Source: an uncultured Chloroflexia bacterium (GTDB taxonomy: Bacteria > Chloroflexota > Limnocylindria > Limnocylindrales > CSP1-4). From it: DNA of 64,000 nucleotides. The stretch spans positions 342,103 to 406,102 of the forward strand of contig CAVTIO010000003.1 in NCBI GenBank assembly GCA_963734935.1, in the 5' to 3' direction. Numbering within the stretch: the first letter of the stretch is position 1; each line of letters opens with the position of its first letter. A program made the translations under genes and the position numbers. This document shows positions 41,640 through 50,983 of the stretch, piece by piece. Below the pieces are notes generated by a model. It had not been told where the DNA came from. It worked only from the letters and a program-made list of their open reading frames with translations, and ran no database searches.

Positions 41640-43091
41640 ATGACCCTTCGAGCCCGACTGCTCCTCTCCCTCGCCGTGATGCTGGCGGTCGCGCTGTTGC
41701 TGGCGGGAACGCTGCTCGTCGGCCTCACGCGAGTGAGCCTCGTAGATCGCGTGGACTCGGAGCTCCAGGCCGTCGGGGCGACCAGCAGTCGGCTCCTTCG
41801 TCTGGCCGACCTCACCGTGAGCGACAGCGAGGCGGGGCAACGGCTCGCGGTGATGCGTCTCGACCGCCAGGGCCAGGTGGTCCGTGCGATCCCGTCCGGC
41901 TTCGCGAGCGACCCCGACCCGCTTCCCGCGCTGCCCGTATACACGGACGGGATCCCGGCATCGGCCTACGGCCAGATCGTGGAGCGCCCGTCGGTCGATG
42001 GGTCGATGCATTACCGAGTGCTGACCGAGCAGGCACGGCCGAACCTGATCCTGGCCATCGCGGCGCCGATGTCCGGCGTGGACGCCGTCACGACCGCGCT
42101 GGTCCGGACGCTGCTGCTGGTCGGCGCCCTGGCGATGGGCGGCCTGCTGCTCGTCGCGTGGTTCGTCGTCCGACATGACCTGCTTCCCCTCGAGCGGATC
42201 GCGAAGGCGGCCGAGGCCATCGCGGGCGGCGATCTCTCGCACCGGGCCGGCGTTCCCCACGACCAGACCGAGGTGGGCCGACTCGGGGCCGCGTTCGACG
42301 CGATGGTCGACCAGATCGAAGCCAGCTTCGGGCAGCAGCAGGCGGCCCTCGAGGCCAAGGAACAGAGCGAGGATCGGCTGCGTCGGTTCGTGGCCGACGC
42401 CTCGCACGAGCTGCGCACGCCGCTGACGGCGGTGCGCGGCTACGCTGACCTGTACCGGGCCGGAGGCCTCCAGGATCCGACGGAGCTTGCGGTGGCGATG
42501 GACAGGATCGGGACGGAGAGCCGGCGCATGGGCGCGCTGGTGGATGATCTGCTGACCCTGGCGCGTCTGGACCAGGGCCTGCCCGTGCGACGCGAGCCTC
42601 TCGACCTCTCGGCAATTGCGCGCGATGCGGTGGCGGACGCCCGCGCCCTCGAACCGGAACGGCCGATCACAGGGGCCATCGACCCCGACGTGGTCGTGGT
42701 CGGCGACGAGGACCGCCTGCGACAGGTGGTCGGCAATCTCGTCGCGAACGTGCGTGTTCACACGGCACGGTCAACGCCGTTCGAGCTGGTCGTGCGGCGA
42801 GTGGACGAGCGTGCCGAGCTGCGCGTGGTGGACCATGGGCCAGGCATCCCGGGCGAGCATGGATCCAGCGTTTTCGACCGGTTCCACCGCGTGGACCTGG
42901 GTCGATCGAGGGATCGTGGAGGGGCGGGCCTCGGTCTGTCGATCGCGGCCTCGATCATGGCCGCCCACGGCGGCGCGATCTGGCACGAGCCCACACCCGG
43001 AGGTGGTGCCACGTTCGTGATCCAGCTCCCGGTCACAGCCAACTCACAGGTGCCCCCCGGGGCAGGTTCAGGGAACGCGACCAGGATGTAG
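41640..43091 (+). CDS. HAMP-domain sensor histidine kinase
   Basis: Two TM segments, HAMP, H-box DASHELRTPLT, N-box NLVANVRVHT, DHGPG and GAGLGL. Confidence 0.96.
   Translation: MTLRARLLLSLAVMLAVALLLAGTLLVGLTRVSLVDRVDSELQAVGATSSRLLRLADLTVSDSEAGQRLAVMRLDRQGQVVRAIPSGFASDPDPLPALPVYTDGIPASAYGQIVERPSVDGSMHYRVLTEQARPNLILAIAAPMSGVDAVTTALVRTLLLVGALAMGGLLLVAWFVVRHDLLPLERIAKAAEAIAGGDLSHRAGVPHDQTEVGRLGAAFDAMVDQIEASFGQQQAALEAKEQSEDRLRRFVADASHELRTPLTAVRGYADLYRAGGLQDPTELAVAMDRIGTESRRMGALVDDLLTLARLDQGLPVRREPLDLSAIARDAVADARALEPERPITGAIDPDVVVVGDEDRLRQVVGNLVANVRVHTARSTPFELVVRRVDERAELRVVDHGPGIPGEHGSSVFDRFHRVDLGRSRDRGGAGLGLSIAASIMAAHGGAIWHEPTPGGGATFVIQLPVTANSQVPPGAGSGNATRM
43033..43049 (+). promoter_or_regulatory. 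PhoP-type box inside the kinase 3' end, upstream of the secreted protein gene
   Basis: TCACAG-N5-TCACAG with degenerate continuation in phase to about 43071. Confidence 0.65.
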
Positions 43092-43176
43092 CGGACGCGG
43101 GAGCCTCGTCCAGGCGACGAAGAAGCCGCATCAACCAGGACTCCCGCCTGCCATTGCGTTCACTCGGAGGTAGCTC

Positions 43177-43779
43177 GTGAAGCTCACCAAGACCCTCGCG
43201 CTCCCGATCGTCGGGTTGCTCCTGCTCGTGGGTGCCGGCGCGGTGCTGGCCACGACCGCCGCGCCTGCTCCGGATGCCGGGGGCAGCGTCGTCCCGGCAG
43301 CCGAGACGCCGTCACCCGCCGCCACCGCCCCGGCCGTCAAGCCGAAGGCCACGGACACCGCGCTGTCGGACGTGCTCGACGACCTGATCGCCAAGGGCAC
43401 CATCAACGAGACGCAGAAGACCGCGATCCTCGACGCGCTCCAGGCAAAGCGCGACCAGCTGCGCGCCGACCGCAAGGCGGCTGCCGAGGCACTTCGCCAG
43501 CAGGCGCAGCAGATCCGCGACTTCCTGTCCGACGGTCAGATCACCCAGGATGAGCTCGACCAGCTCCCGGCCGACAGCCCGCTCCGTCAGCTGACCAACC
43601 TGATGGATGACGGCAAGATCACGACCGACGAGCTCCGCTCGATCGGTGGCGGCATCCTGCGCGAGCTGGGCGCGGGGCGTGGCGGCCGCGGCTTCGGGGC
43701 CCACCCGTTCGGCGGTCCTGGTGGCATGTGGGGTCAGCCGAACGCATCTCCCTCACCGAGCGCCGGCACCAGCAGCTGA
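43177..43779 (+). CDS. Secreted helical hypothetical protein (probable two-component system target)
   Basis: RBS GGAGG, signal peptide, repeated (K/D)G.I(T/N)..E/Q motifs, Gly-rich tail. Confidence 0.8.
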   Translation: MKLTKTLALPIVGLLLLVGAGAVLATTAAPAPDAGGSVVPAAETPSPAATAPAVKPKATDTALSDVLDDLIAKGTINETQKTAILDALQAKRDQLRADRKAAAEALRQQAQQIRDFLSDGQITQDELDQLPADSPLRQLTNLMDDGKITTDELRSIGGGILRELGAGRGGRGFGAHPFGGPGGMWGQPNASPSPSAGTSS

Positions 43780-43803
43780 GCGTGCAAGGTCTCCCACAGC
43801 TCG

Positions 43804-43829
43804 ACGGCCCGCCGGCAACGGCGGGCCGT
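43804..43829 (+). terminator. Terminator-like hairpin
   Basis: ACGGCCCGCCG-gcaa-CGGCGGGCCGT followed by TCCGTAT. Confidence 0.7.
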
Positions 43830-43881
43830 TCCGTATCGCGTCCATGCCGGTTACGTTTCGGTTGCGGGGCACTCCCCGAGG

Positions 43882-43910
43882 TTGACGCATCGAACGCACT
43901 CCGCCATCCT
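43882..43910 (+). promoter_or_regulatory. Sigma70-type promoter of the metY leader
   Basis: TTGACG-N17-CATCCT. Confidence 0.6.
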
Positions 43911-43920
43911 TCGCGACCTG

Positions 43921-44007
43921 ATGTGTCACACCAGTCACAGTTGGTCGATGTGCATGCGTGGGCGGCCCCGTCGTTCGGAGGACGGGCGCCGAGCTTCCCT
44001 GCGCTGA
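43921..44007 (+). CDS. Putative leader peptide MCHTSHSWSMCMRGRPRRSEDGRRASLR
   Basis: ATG 10 nt after the -10 box with no SD; Met/Cys at codons 1, 2, 10, 11 and 12; lies upstream of metY and a terminator hairpin. Confidence 0.55.
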   Translation: MCHTSHSWSMCMRGRPRRSEDGRRASLR

Positions 44008-45546
<1,539 letters not shown>

Positions 45547-45555
45547 GGCACGGTC

Positions 45556-46728
45556 ATGGCTCCAACCAGCGATCCAGGCTCCGGAGCGGTTCCCCGTCCC
45601 GTGGCGGTTTCCCGCTCCGCATCACCCCGTCCCCAGCGGCTCCCGCTGGGGACGGGGGAGGTCACCTCCGTCGACCTCGGCCCGTTCGAGCCGGAGGCGG
45701 GAGGCACTCCCCTGCCACTCACGCTCGCCTATCGCCACGATGGACCCGGGCCCGACGCTGCCCCGCAGGTCCTGGTGATCCATGCCCTTACCGGATCGGC
45801 CGATGCCGCCGGTGACTGGTGGCAGCCCGTCATCGGACCGGGACGCGCCCTCGACACCGACGACGTCGGCGTCCTGTGCGCCAATCTCGTCGGTGGCCGC
45901 TACGGATCCACCGGGCCGACATCAGTCGATCCCCGGACGAACGCGCGATGGGGCGGCAGCTTCCCGGAGATCTCCGCCCGCGACGAGGCACGCGCGCTGT
46001 GGCTGCTCGCCGACGCCCTCGGCATCGGCGATTTCGCACTGGTGACCGGCGGCTCGCTGGGTGGCATGGTGGCGCTCGAGGTCGCGCTGACCCGCCCGGA
46101 GCGTGTGGACCACGTGGTCCCGATCGCCGCCCCGGCCGCAACAGGCGGGCTCGCGCTGGCCTGGAACCACGTCCAGCTTGAGCTCATCGATCGCCTGGGC
46201 GACGACGGTCTCGCGCTTGCCCGCCAGCTGGCCATGACCACGTACCGCTCCGAGGCCGACTTCGACCGCCGCTTCGGGCGGCAACGAGAGGCTGACGGCC
46301 GGTTCTCGGTCGCCTCGTATCTCGACCACCAGGGGCAGAAGCTCGTGGATCGGTTCGACCCGGCCACCTACCGGGTGCTGGTCAAGGTCATGGACGGCCA
46401 CGACATCGGCCGCGACCGAGGCGGTGTCGAGAATGCCCTGGTCCGTCTGCGGCAGGTCGGTGCTGGATTGACCGGGATCGGGATCGAAGGCGACATCCTC
46501 TACGGGCCTGACCAGGTCCAGTCGCTGGTCGATGCCGCCAGCTCGGCCGGGGTCGACGCCGGCTACCGCGAGATCCACTCGACCAAGGGCCATGACGCGT
46601 TCCTCACCGAGTGGGATCAGCTGGGCCGGCTGCTCGCCGAGGCGCTCGCCGTGGGAGCCTCCACCGGTGAGATTCGATCCCGGGGGGAGAGTGACCCCGC
46701 TCCCGAGCGCGCGGTGCGGATCGCCTGA
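45556..46728 (+). CDS. metX: Homoserine O-acyltransferase (MetX family)
   Basis: HALTG, GSTGP, GGSLGGM, ARQLAMTTYRS, SYLDHQG.K...RFD and GHDAFL. Confidence 0.92.
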   Translation: MAPTSDPGSGAVPRPVAVSRSASPRPQRLPLGTGEVTSVDLGPFEPEAGGTPLPLTLAYRHDGPGPDAAPQVLVIHALTGSADAAGDWWQPVIGPGRALDTDDVGVLCANLVGGRYGSTGPTSVDPRTNARWGGSFPEISARDEARALWLLADALGIGDFALVTGGSLGGMVALEVALTRPERVDHVVPIAAPAATGGLALAWNHVQLELIDRLGDDGLALARQLAMTTYRSEADFDRRFGRQREADGRFSVASYLDHQGQKLVDRFDPATYRVLVKVMDGHDIGRDRGGVENALVRLRQVGAGLTGIGIEGDILYGPDQVQSLVDAASSAGVDAGYREIHSTKGHDAFLTEWDQLGRLLAEALAVGASTGEIRSRGESDPAPERAVRIA

Positions 46729-46925
46729 GCGCGCGGTGCGCATCGGCTGTTCGCACCCATCGACCGCGTAGTGACCGGCGACCACGCGCAGTGGTCAGCC
46801 GCGACAGTGCCACAGCGCCTCTGGCGATTTCACCTGATTCGGGTGAGGCGCGATCGTTCCGGGTGTCCGTCAATAGAGATCTGAAGACGGCAACCCATTT
46901 GTCGCGTGACTGAGCGGAGGGATCC

Positions 46926-47189
46926 ATGGACCTCGCAAAAGACGCCCGCAGGCTGGCCTCGATTGGCACCTTCTTCATTGTCGTTGGCTGGGTCCTGGTG
47001 ATCTGGGCCCTCGTCGCCGGGGTCGCGTGGTGGATCGACCTCGCCCAGCGCGATGCGTTCAACATCTTCGAGTCGTTCGCGATCTCTGCGAGCGCGGTCG
47101 GCGCGCCGATCTTCCTCGCCCTCCTGGTCGCCGGCCTCGGCTACATGATGCGGCTGTTCGCCATGTACGTCGTCAGCAAGTCCAGCTGA
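46926..47189 (+). CDS. Small two-TM membrane protein
   Basis: RBS GGAGG, two hydrophobic helices, 19 nt before the META gene. Confidence 0.75.
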   Translation: MDLAKDARRLASIGTFFIVVGWVLVIWALVAGVAWWIDLAQRDAFNIFESFAISASAVGAPIFLALLVAGLGYMMRLFAMYVVSKSS

Positions 47190-47208
47190 CGCCCTGGGAC
47201 GACAGCTC

Positions 47209-48630
47209 ATGCGCACGCGCGGATTCGCCTTCCTGGCCGCTCTCGCCCTGCTCATCACGGCATGCTCGGCCGGGCCGGGGACCGGCGGCCAGCTCGAGGG
47301 CACCGATTGGGTCCTCCGCTCGTTCCAGCAGGACGGCGAGCTGACCATCGTGCCCGACGGCCTGTACGCGGACGCCAACTTCGGAACCCAGCGCGTCAAC
47401 GGGTACAGCGGCTGCAACACCTACAACGCCGTCTACCGCGCCGGGGGTCGCACGCTGCTGATCTCGCAGGCAGCGGTGACGTTCATGGCGTGCTCCGAGG
47501 AGCAGATGGCGTTCGAGCAGACGTACCTTGGGCTGCTCCAGGACAGCCGCTTCTACACCGCACGCACCCTCACGCTGACCGTCTTCGGCAGCGGCGGGGA
47601 GCCGCTGCTCGTGTTCGATGCCGCGCCGCGGAACCCGCTTCGCGGCGCCTGGCAGGTCACCGACTATCAGACCAGCCCCGGTTCCGTGAGCGCCGTGCTC
47701 CCGGGCACCGAGATGGATGTGACGTTCGGGCTGACCACCGTCAGCGGGTTCGCGGGCTGCAACTCGTTCAGCGGCACGTACGGGACCAACAGCAACATCG
47801 TGCGGGTGGGCATGCTCGCGACCACGCGCCTGGCCTGCGAACAAGCCGTGATGGACCAGGAGACGGCGTTCCTGAACGCGCTCCAGGGCCTGTCGCTGGT
47901 AGACCGTCGTGGGCCCAGCCTGTTCCTGACCGACCTGTCGGGCTCGATCAAGGTGGGCCTGGCAAAGCCGTCAGAGGAGGCCGCGGCATCACCGTCGCCG
48001 GGCGCGAGCGAGAAGGCCACGCCGACGGCGCCGGCCTCCGAGAAGCCGACTGAGAAGCCGACGCCCACACCGACCGCGACGCCGGCGCCAACCCAGACGC
48101 CGGCTCCGACCGCGACCCCGCGTCCGTCGCTGCCGCCGATCGAGTTGCCGGCAACGGCCGAGTGCACGTTGGCGTCGTCCGATGGGACACCGCTCGCGAC
48201 GATCGCCTATCTGGAGACATGGTTCACGGTTTCGGAGCCACCCGACCTGGCATGTCGCTACTTCGATCCGGCCGAGATCACCGTCCCGGCTGACCCGACG
48301 ACGCTGGTAACCGCCGTCATGGCGGGCAGCTCCAACGCTGCGTACGCGGATGCCGTCGCGTCGGCCACCGACCCGGCGACGTGGGAGGTCCACGAGCAGC
48401 TCCAGCTGGTCGTGGGCGGCCAGGCCGCGACGATGGTGGAGGCGCAGGCCGTCGTGGACGCAGACGGCGTCCCCGCGGGATCGTCCAGGTTCGCGTACCT
48501 GATCGACCTCGGTTCCAACGGAACGCTGATGCTGTGGACGACGTCTGCGGCGCCGGATGAGACCTACGCGTCCAACGCGGCGGTCGTGTCACTGATGGTG
48601 GCCGTGTCGAGCTACGACGCGGCTTCCTGA
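47209..48630 (+). CDS. Lipoprotein with two META (HslJ-like) domains, Pro/Thr linker and extra C-terminal domain
   Basis: Lipobox ITAC; two G.sGCN.y...T.mAC....M.qE..yL repeats. Confidence 0.88.
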   Translation: MRTRGFAFLAALALLITACSAGPGTGGQLEGTDWVLRSFQQDGELTIVPDGLYADANFGTQRVNGYSGCNTYNAVYRAGGRTLLISQAAVTFMACSEEQMAFEQTYLGLLQDSRFYTARTLTLTVFGSGGEPLLVFDAAPRNPLRGAWQVTDYQTSPGSVSAVLPGTEMDVTFGLTTVSGFAGCNSFSGTYGTNSNIVRVGMLATTRLACEQAVMDQETAFLNALQGLSLVDRRGPSLFLTDLSGSIKVGLAKPSEEAAASPSPGASEKATPTAPASEKPTEKPTPTPTATPAPTQTPAPTATPRPSLPPIELPATAECTLASSDGTPLATIAYLETWFTVSEPPDLACRYFDPAEITVPADPTTLVTAVMAGSSNAAYADAVASATDPATWEVHEQLQLVVGGQAATMVEAQAVVDADGVPAGSSRFAYLIDLGSNGTLMLWTTSAAPDETYASNAAVVSLMVAVSSYDAAS

Positions 48631-48819
48631 TCCCTCTGGTGGCCCGGGTCTTCGCCCGGGCCACCTGGCTATCGGCTCTTCGCCCGGGCCACCCGGCAAT
48701 TTGGCTTCGCGCGTCCCCCTGGTCCGCTGCGCGTTCCACTCGCCTTCCCGTGCGCTCGGTGTGCCCGCGGTCCCCGCACGATCGCGCGCGGGCGGTCAGG
48801 GGAGCCGCGTTCTGGCAAT

Positions 48820-48950
48820 CACCTCCATTCCTGATGACCATCTGCGCATCACGATGACCGTCAGCGGAGCAAGATTGGCCGTGACGTCCGCAAGCGGCCG
48901 CTGCCTCACCGCCACAGTGATGCCTGGAGGGTCATCACAAATGGGAGTCG
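48820..48950. repeat. Long imperfect hairpin built on an inverted pair of the 20-bp REP-like motif
   Basis: TGATGACCATCTGCGCATCA 48832-48851 and TGATGCCTGGAGGGTCATCA 48918-48937, with complementarity extending on both sides (CTCCATT/AATGGGAG). Confidence 0.75.
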
Positions 48951-49053
48951 ATGGCGGGGACGGCGGTGGGCGACGGAGGCCGACGGGGGTCATCGCGCAC
49001 GCTGACTCGGGCGGCGGACCGCCGCTCCGCCTGCGGTAGAATGCCGGTCGCGC

Positions 49054-49128
49054 TGGCGCGTGGCTCAACGGTAGAGCACCTGACTCTGGATCAGGGGGTT
49101 GAAGGTTCGAATCCTTCCGCGCCAGCCA
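49054..49128 (+). tRNA. tRNA-Gln (anticodon CTG)
   Basis: TGGCGCGTGGCTCAACGGTAGAGCACCTGACTCTGGATCAGGGGGTTGAAGGTTCGAATCCTTCCGCGCCAGCCA cloverleaf with CCA; TAGAAT -10 at 49037. Confidence 0.96.
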
Positions 49129-49289
49129 ACTCTCCAGATCCGGTACCCGCGGGTATCGAGACCATCACATGTTGTGGTGTCGGGGCTCCCGATGAGCGTG
49201 GTAACGGCCTCACCGGAGGTCAACACCCATGGTTTGCCCACCTGACACGGGAATCGCGTGTCCACCTGATCCGGGCGATGTCCGTGTCC

Positions 49290-49652
49290 ACCTGATCCCC
49301 GGGCAGGCAGCCCATGAGGACCAGGGCCACCTCGAGATCCCCATGAGCGGTATGACGCTCTTCTTCAACGCCGCAGAGTTCCACCGACGCATCGACCCCG
49401 CCGAACCCCCGATCCGGGTACCGGAAGCTCCCGGAGTTCCAGCTGCGCTCCCGTGAGACGGTCGACAGCATGTACGCCCGGCTGCTCGCACTGGGCTACC
49501 GGAGTCACCGGGCCCCGCACGAGCCCGTTCCATCGCTGTACGTGGCCATGATCGACGACCCGGACGGCAACACTGTCGCGTTGTCCGCCGACGAGCGCCT
49601 GCCAATACGCTCACGCAGAGACCACGCTGACACGTCAAGCGATCACGATTGA
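49290..49652 (+). pseudogene. VOC/glyoxalase family remnant (5'-truncated, frameshifted near 49420-49435)
   Basis: HLEIPMSGMTLFFN in one frame; EFQLRSRETVDSMYARL...GY...P...AMIDDPDGNTVAL in another. Confidence 0.7.
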
Positions 49653-49891
49653 CAACGCACGAGCCGCTGATGCTCCGATCGGCGTCGAGAGTTCCCGCGA
49701 ATTCCACGGGGGGTCGCCGGCCACCATGGGCCGAACGGACGACAGGACCAGTTCAGGGCGCTGTGGGTGGGAGATGGGTGACGACTGGAAGGCTCGGCAG
49801 CGGGGCGCGGTTGTTGTCGATTGGCGCCCGGTCAGTCGTCGGCGATGAGGAACCGGCCGGGAGTGGCAGCGCCGACTCGAGGAGTGCTGCG

Positions 49892-50539
49892 ATGCGAAAA
49901 CCTGACCTCTCCATCGATCTGGAATATCCGTTCGTAGGCCGCTGGCTCACGCAGAACAGCCCCGCCAACCGAGTCCCCAGCCACGGCACGACCATGTTCG
50001 GCACGTCCTACGCAATCGACTTCGTGCCGGTCGACGACACGGGGCGCACGGCGCCGATCACCCTTGCCTCCCTCGTGCGCCCGCAACGGCCAGGTGGGTT
50101 CCCCGGCTTCGGGCGCCCCATCCTCTCGCCGGTCGAGGGAATCGTCGTGGCCGTACACGACGCCGAAGCCGACCACAACGCCTATCGGGGTGTGCCCTCC
50201 ATCGGCTATGCACTTTCGCAGCGACGCCGGGCCGACCAGGGCTGGATGGCGCTCGCTGGCAATCACGTGTTGATCGATCGCGAGGGTGTCGCGGTCGCCG
50301 TCTGCCACCTTCAGTACGGCAGCCTGGAGGTTCGACCGGGGCAGCGCGTAAGGATCGGGGACGCGCTTGGGCGCTGCGGCAACTCCGGCAACAGCACTGA
50401 GCCGCACGTCCACGTGCAGGCGATCGATGGCCGAGACATTCGGCACGCGAATGCCGTGCGATTGACGTTCCGGGGATCGCTACCCCGGAACGGACAGGTC
50501 GTCGACGTGGGCGGAGAATGGAACATCGGCCCGCGATGA
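49892..50539 (+). CDS. M23 family metallopeptidase
   Basis: PSHG...YAIDF, GNHV, CHLQYGS and GNSGNSTEPHVH; RBS GAGGAG. Confidence 0.9.
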   Translation: MRKPDLSIDLEYPFVGRWLTQNSPANRVPSHGTTMFGTSYAIDFVPVDDTGRTAPITLASLVRPQRPGGFPGFGRPILSPVEGIVVAVHDAEADHNAYRGVPSIGYALSQRRRADQGWMALAGNHVLIDREGVAVAVCHLQYGSLEVRPGQRVRIGDALGRCGNSGNSTEPHVHVQAIDGRDIRHANAVRLTFRGSLPRNGQVVDVGGEWNIGPR

Positions 50540-50628
50540 GTGGCGCGGACATGATGTCGACCTGGAGAACAATCGGAGCGCTCGTCGCTCAATGAGTCCG
50601 GCACCGAGCCTAGATTGACCCAGGCGCA
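50526..50628 (+). repeat. ~103-bp element, copy A
   Basis: Matches 55862-55965 with 7 substitutions and 1 indel by manual alignment; supplies the M23 stop codon. Confidence 0.9.
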
Positions 50629-50630
50629 GG

Positions 50631-50711
50631 GACGCACCGATCCTCGGGGCCGCGGAGCTCGTGTTCTCGCCGTTGCTCACCGATCCGACCCTCGTTCGCG
50701 CGATCGCCTAG
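50631..50711 (+). pseudogene. 3' remnant of a ROK-family regulator gene
   Basis: Translates DAPILGAAELVFSPLLTDPTLVRAIA*, matching the A.L.GAA.L.F..LL.DP C-terminus typical of ROK repressors; begins right at the end of repeat A. Confidence 0.65.
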
Positions 50712-50791
50712 GGCAATGCCACCGTCGTTCCAGCGGGTCGCCGCGAGCCCGTTTGGGTTGGGCGCCTCGCGCAACGCTCCGTCAACGTAGG

Positions 50792-50946
50792 TTTGTAGTC
50801 CGAACCTATGAATTGGCGCGTTTGTACAGGCCAGCCAGCCGTGTCAACAGCTGATGCCCACCAATCCGCACTGTTCTGTATTGACATCTCCAGTCGCCTC
50901 GGACCACCCTATTGCCGAGGTTCGATTTGTAGGCGTGTCTTACAAA
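50792..50946 (+). promoter_or_regulatory. GH3 promoter region with two 21-bp imperfect palindromes (candidate ROK operators) and TTGACA
   Basis: TTTGTAGT-N5-CCTATGAA 50792-50812; TTGACA 50881; TTTGTAGG-N5-CTTACAAA 50926-50946. Confidence 0.6.
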
Positions 50947-50983
50947 CATCTGCCTCGCACCGGCGTCCCATGGAGGAGCGCGC

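Noticed and set aside
48820-48950. 6S RNA or SRP RNA
   Set aside because: No SRP domain IV motif or 6S central-bubble pattern; the arms match a repeat motif also found at 40452-40637.
49649-49891. N-terminal extension of the M23 peptidase
   Set aside because: Low-complexity non-conserved translation; a good RBS precedes ATG 49892.
50526-50628. Classical integron attC sites
   Set aside because: No RYYYAAC...GTTRRRY ends or end-to-end palindrome, and no intI in the window.
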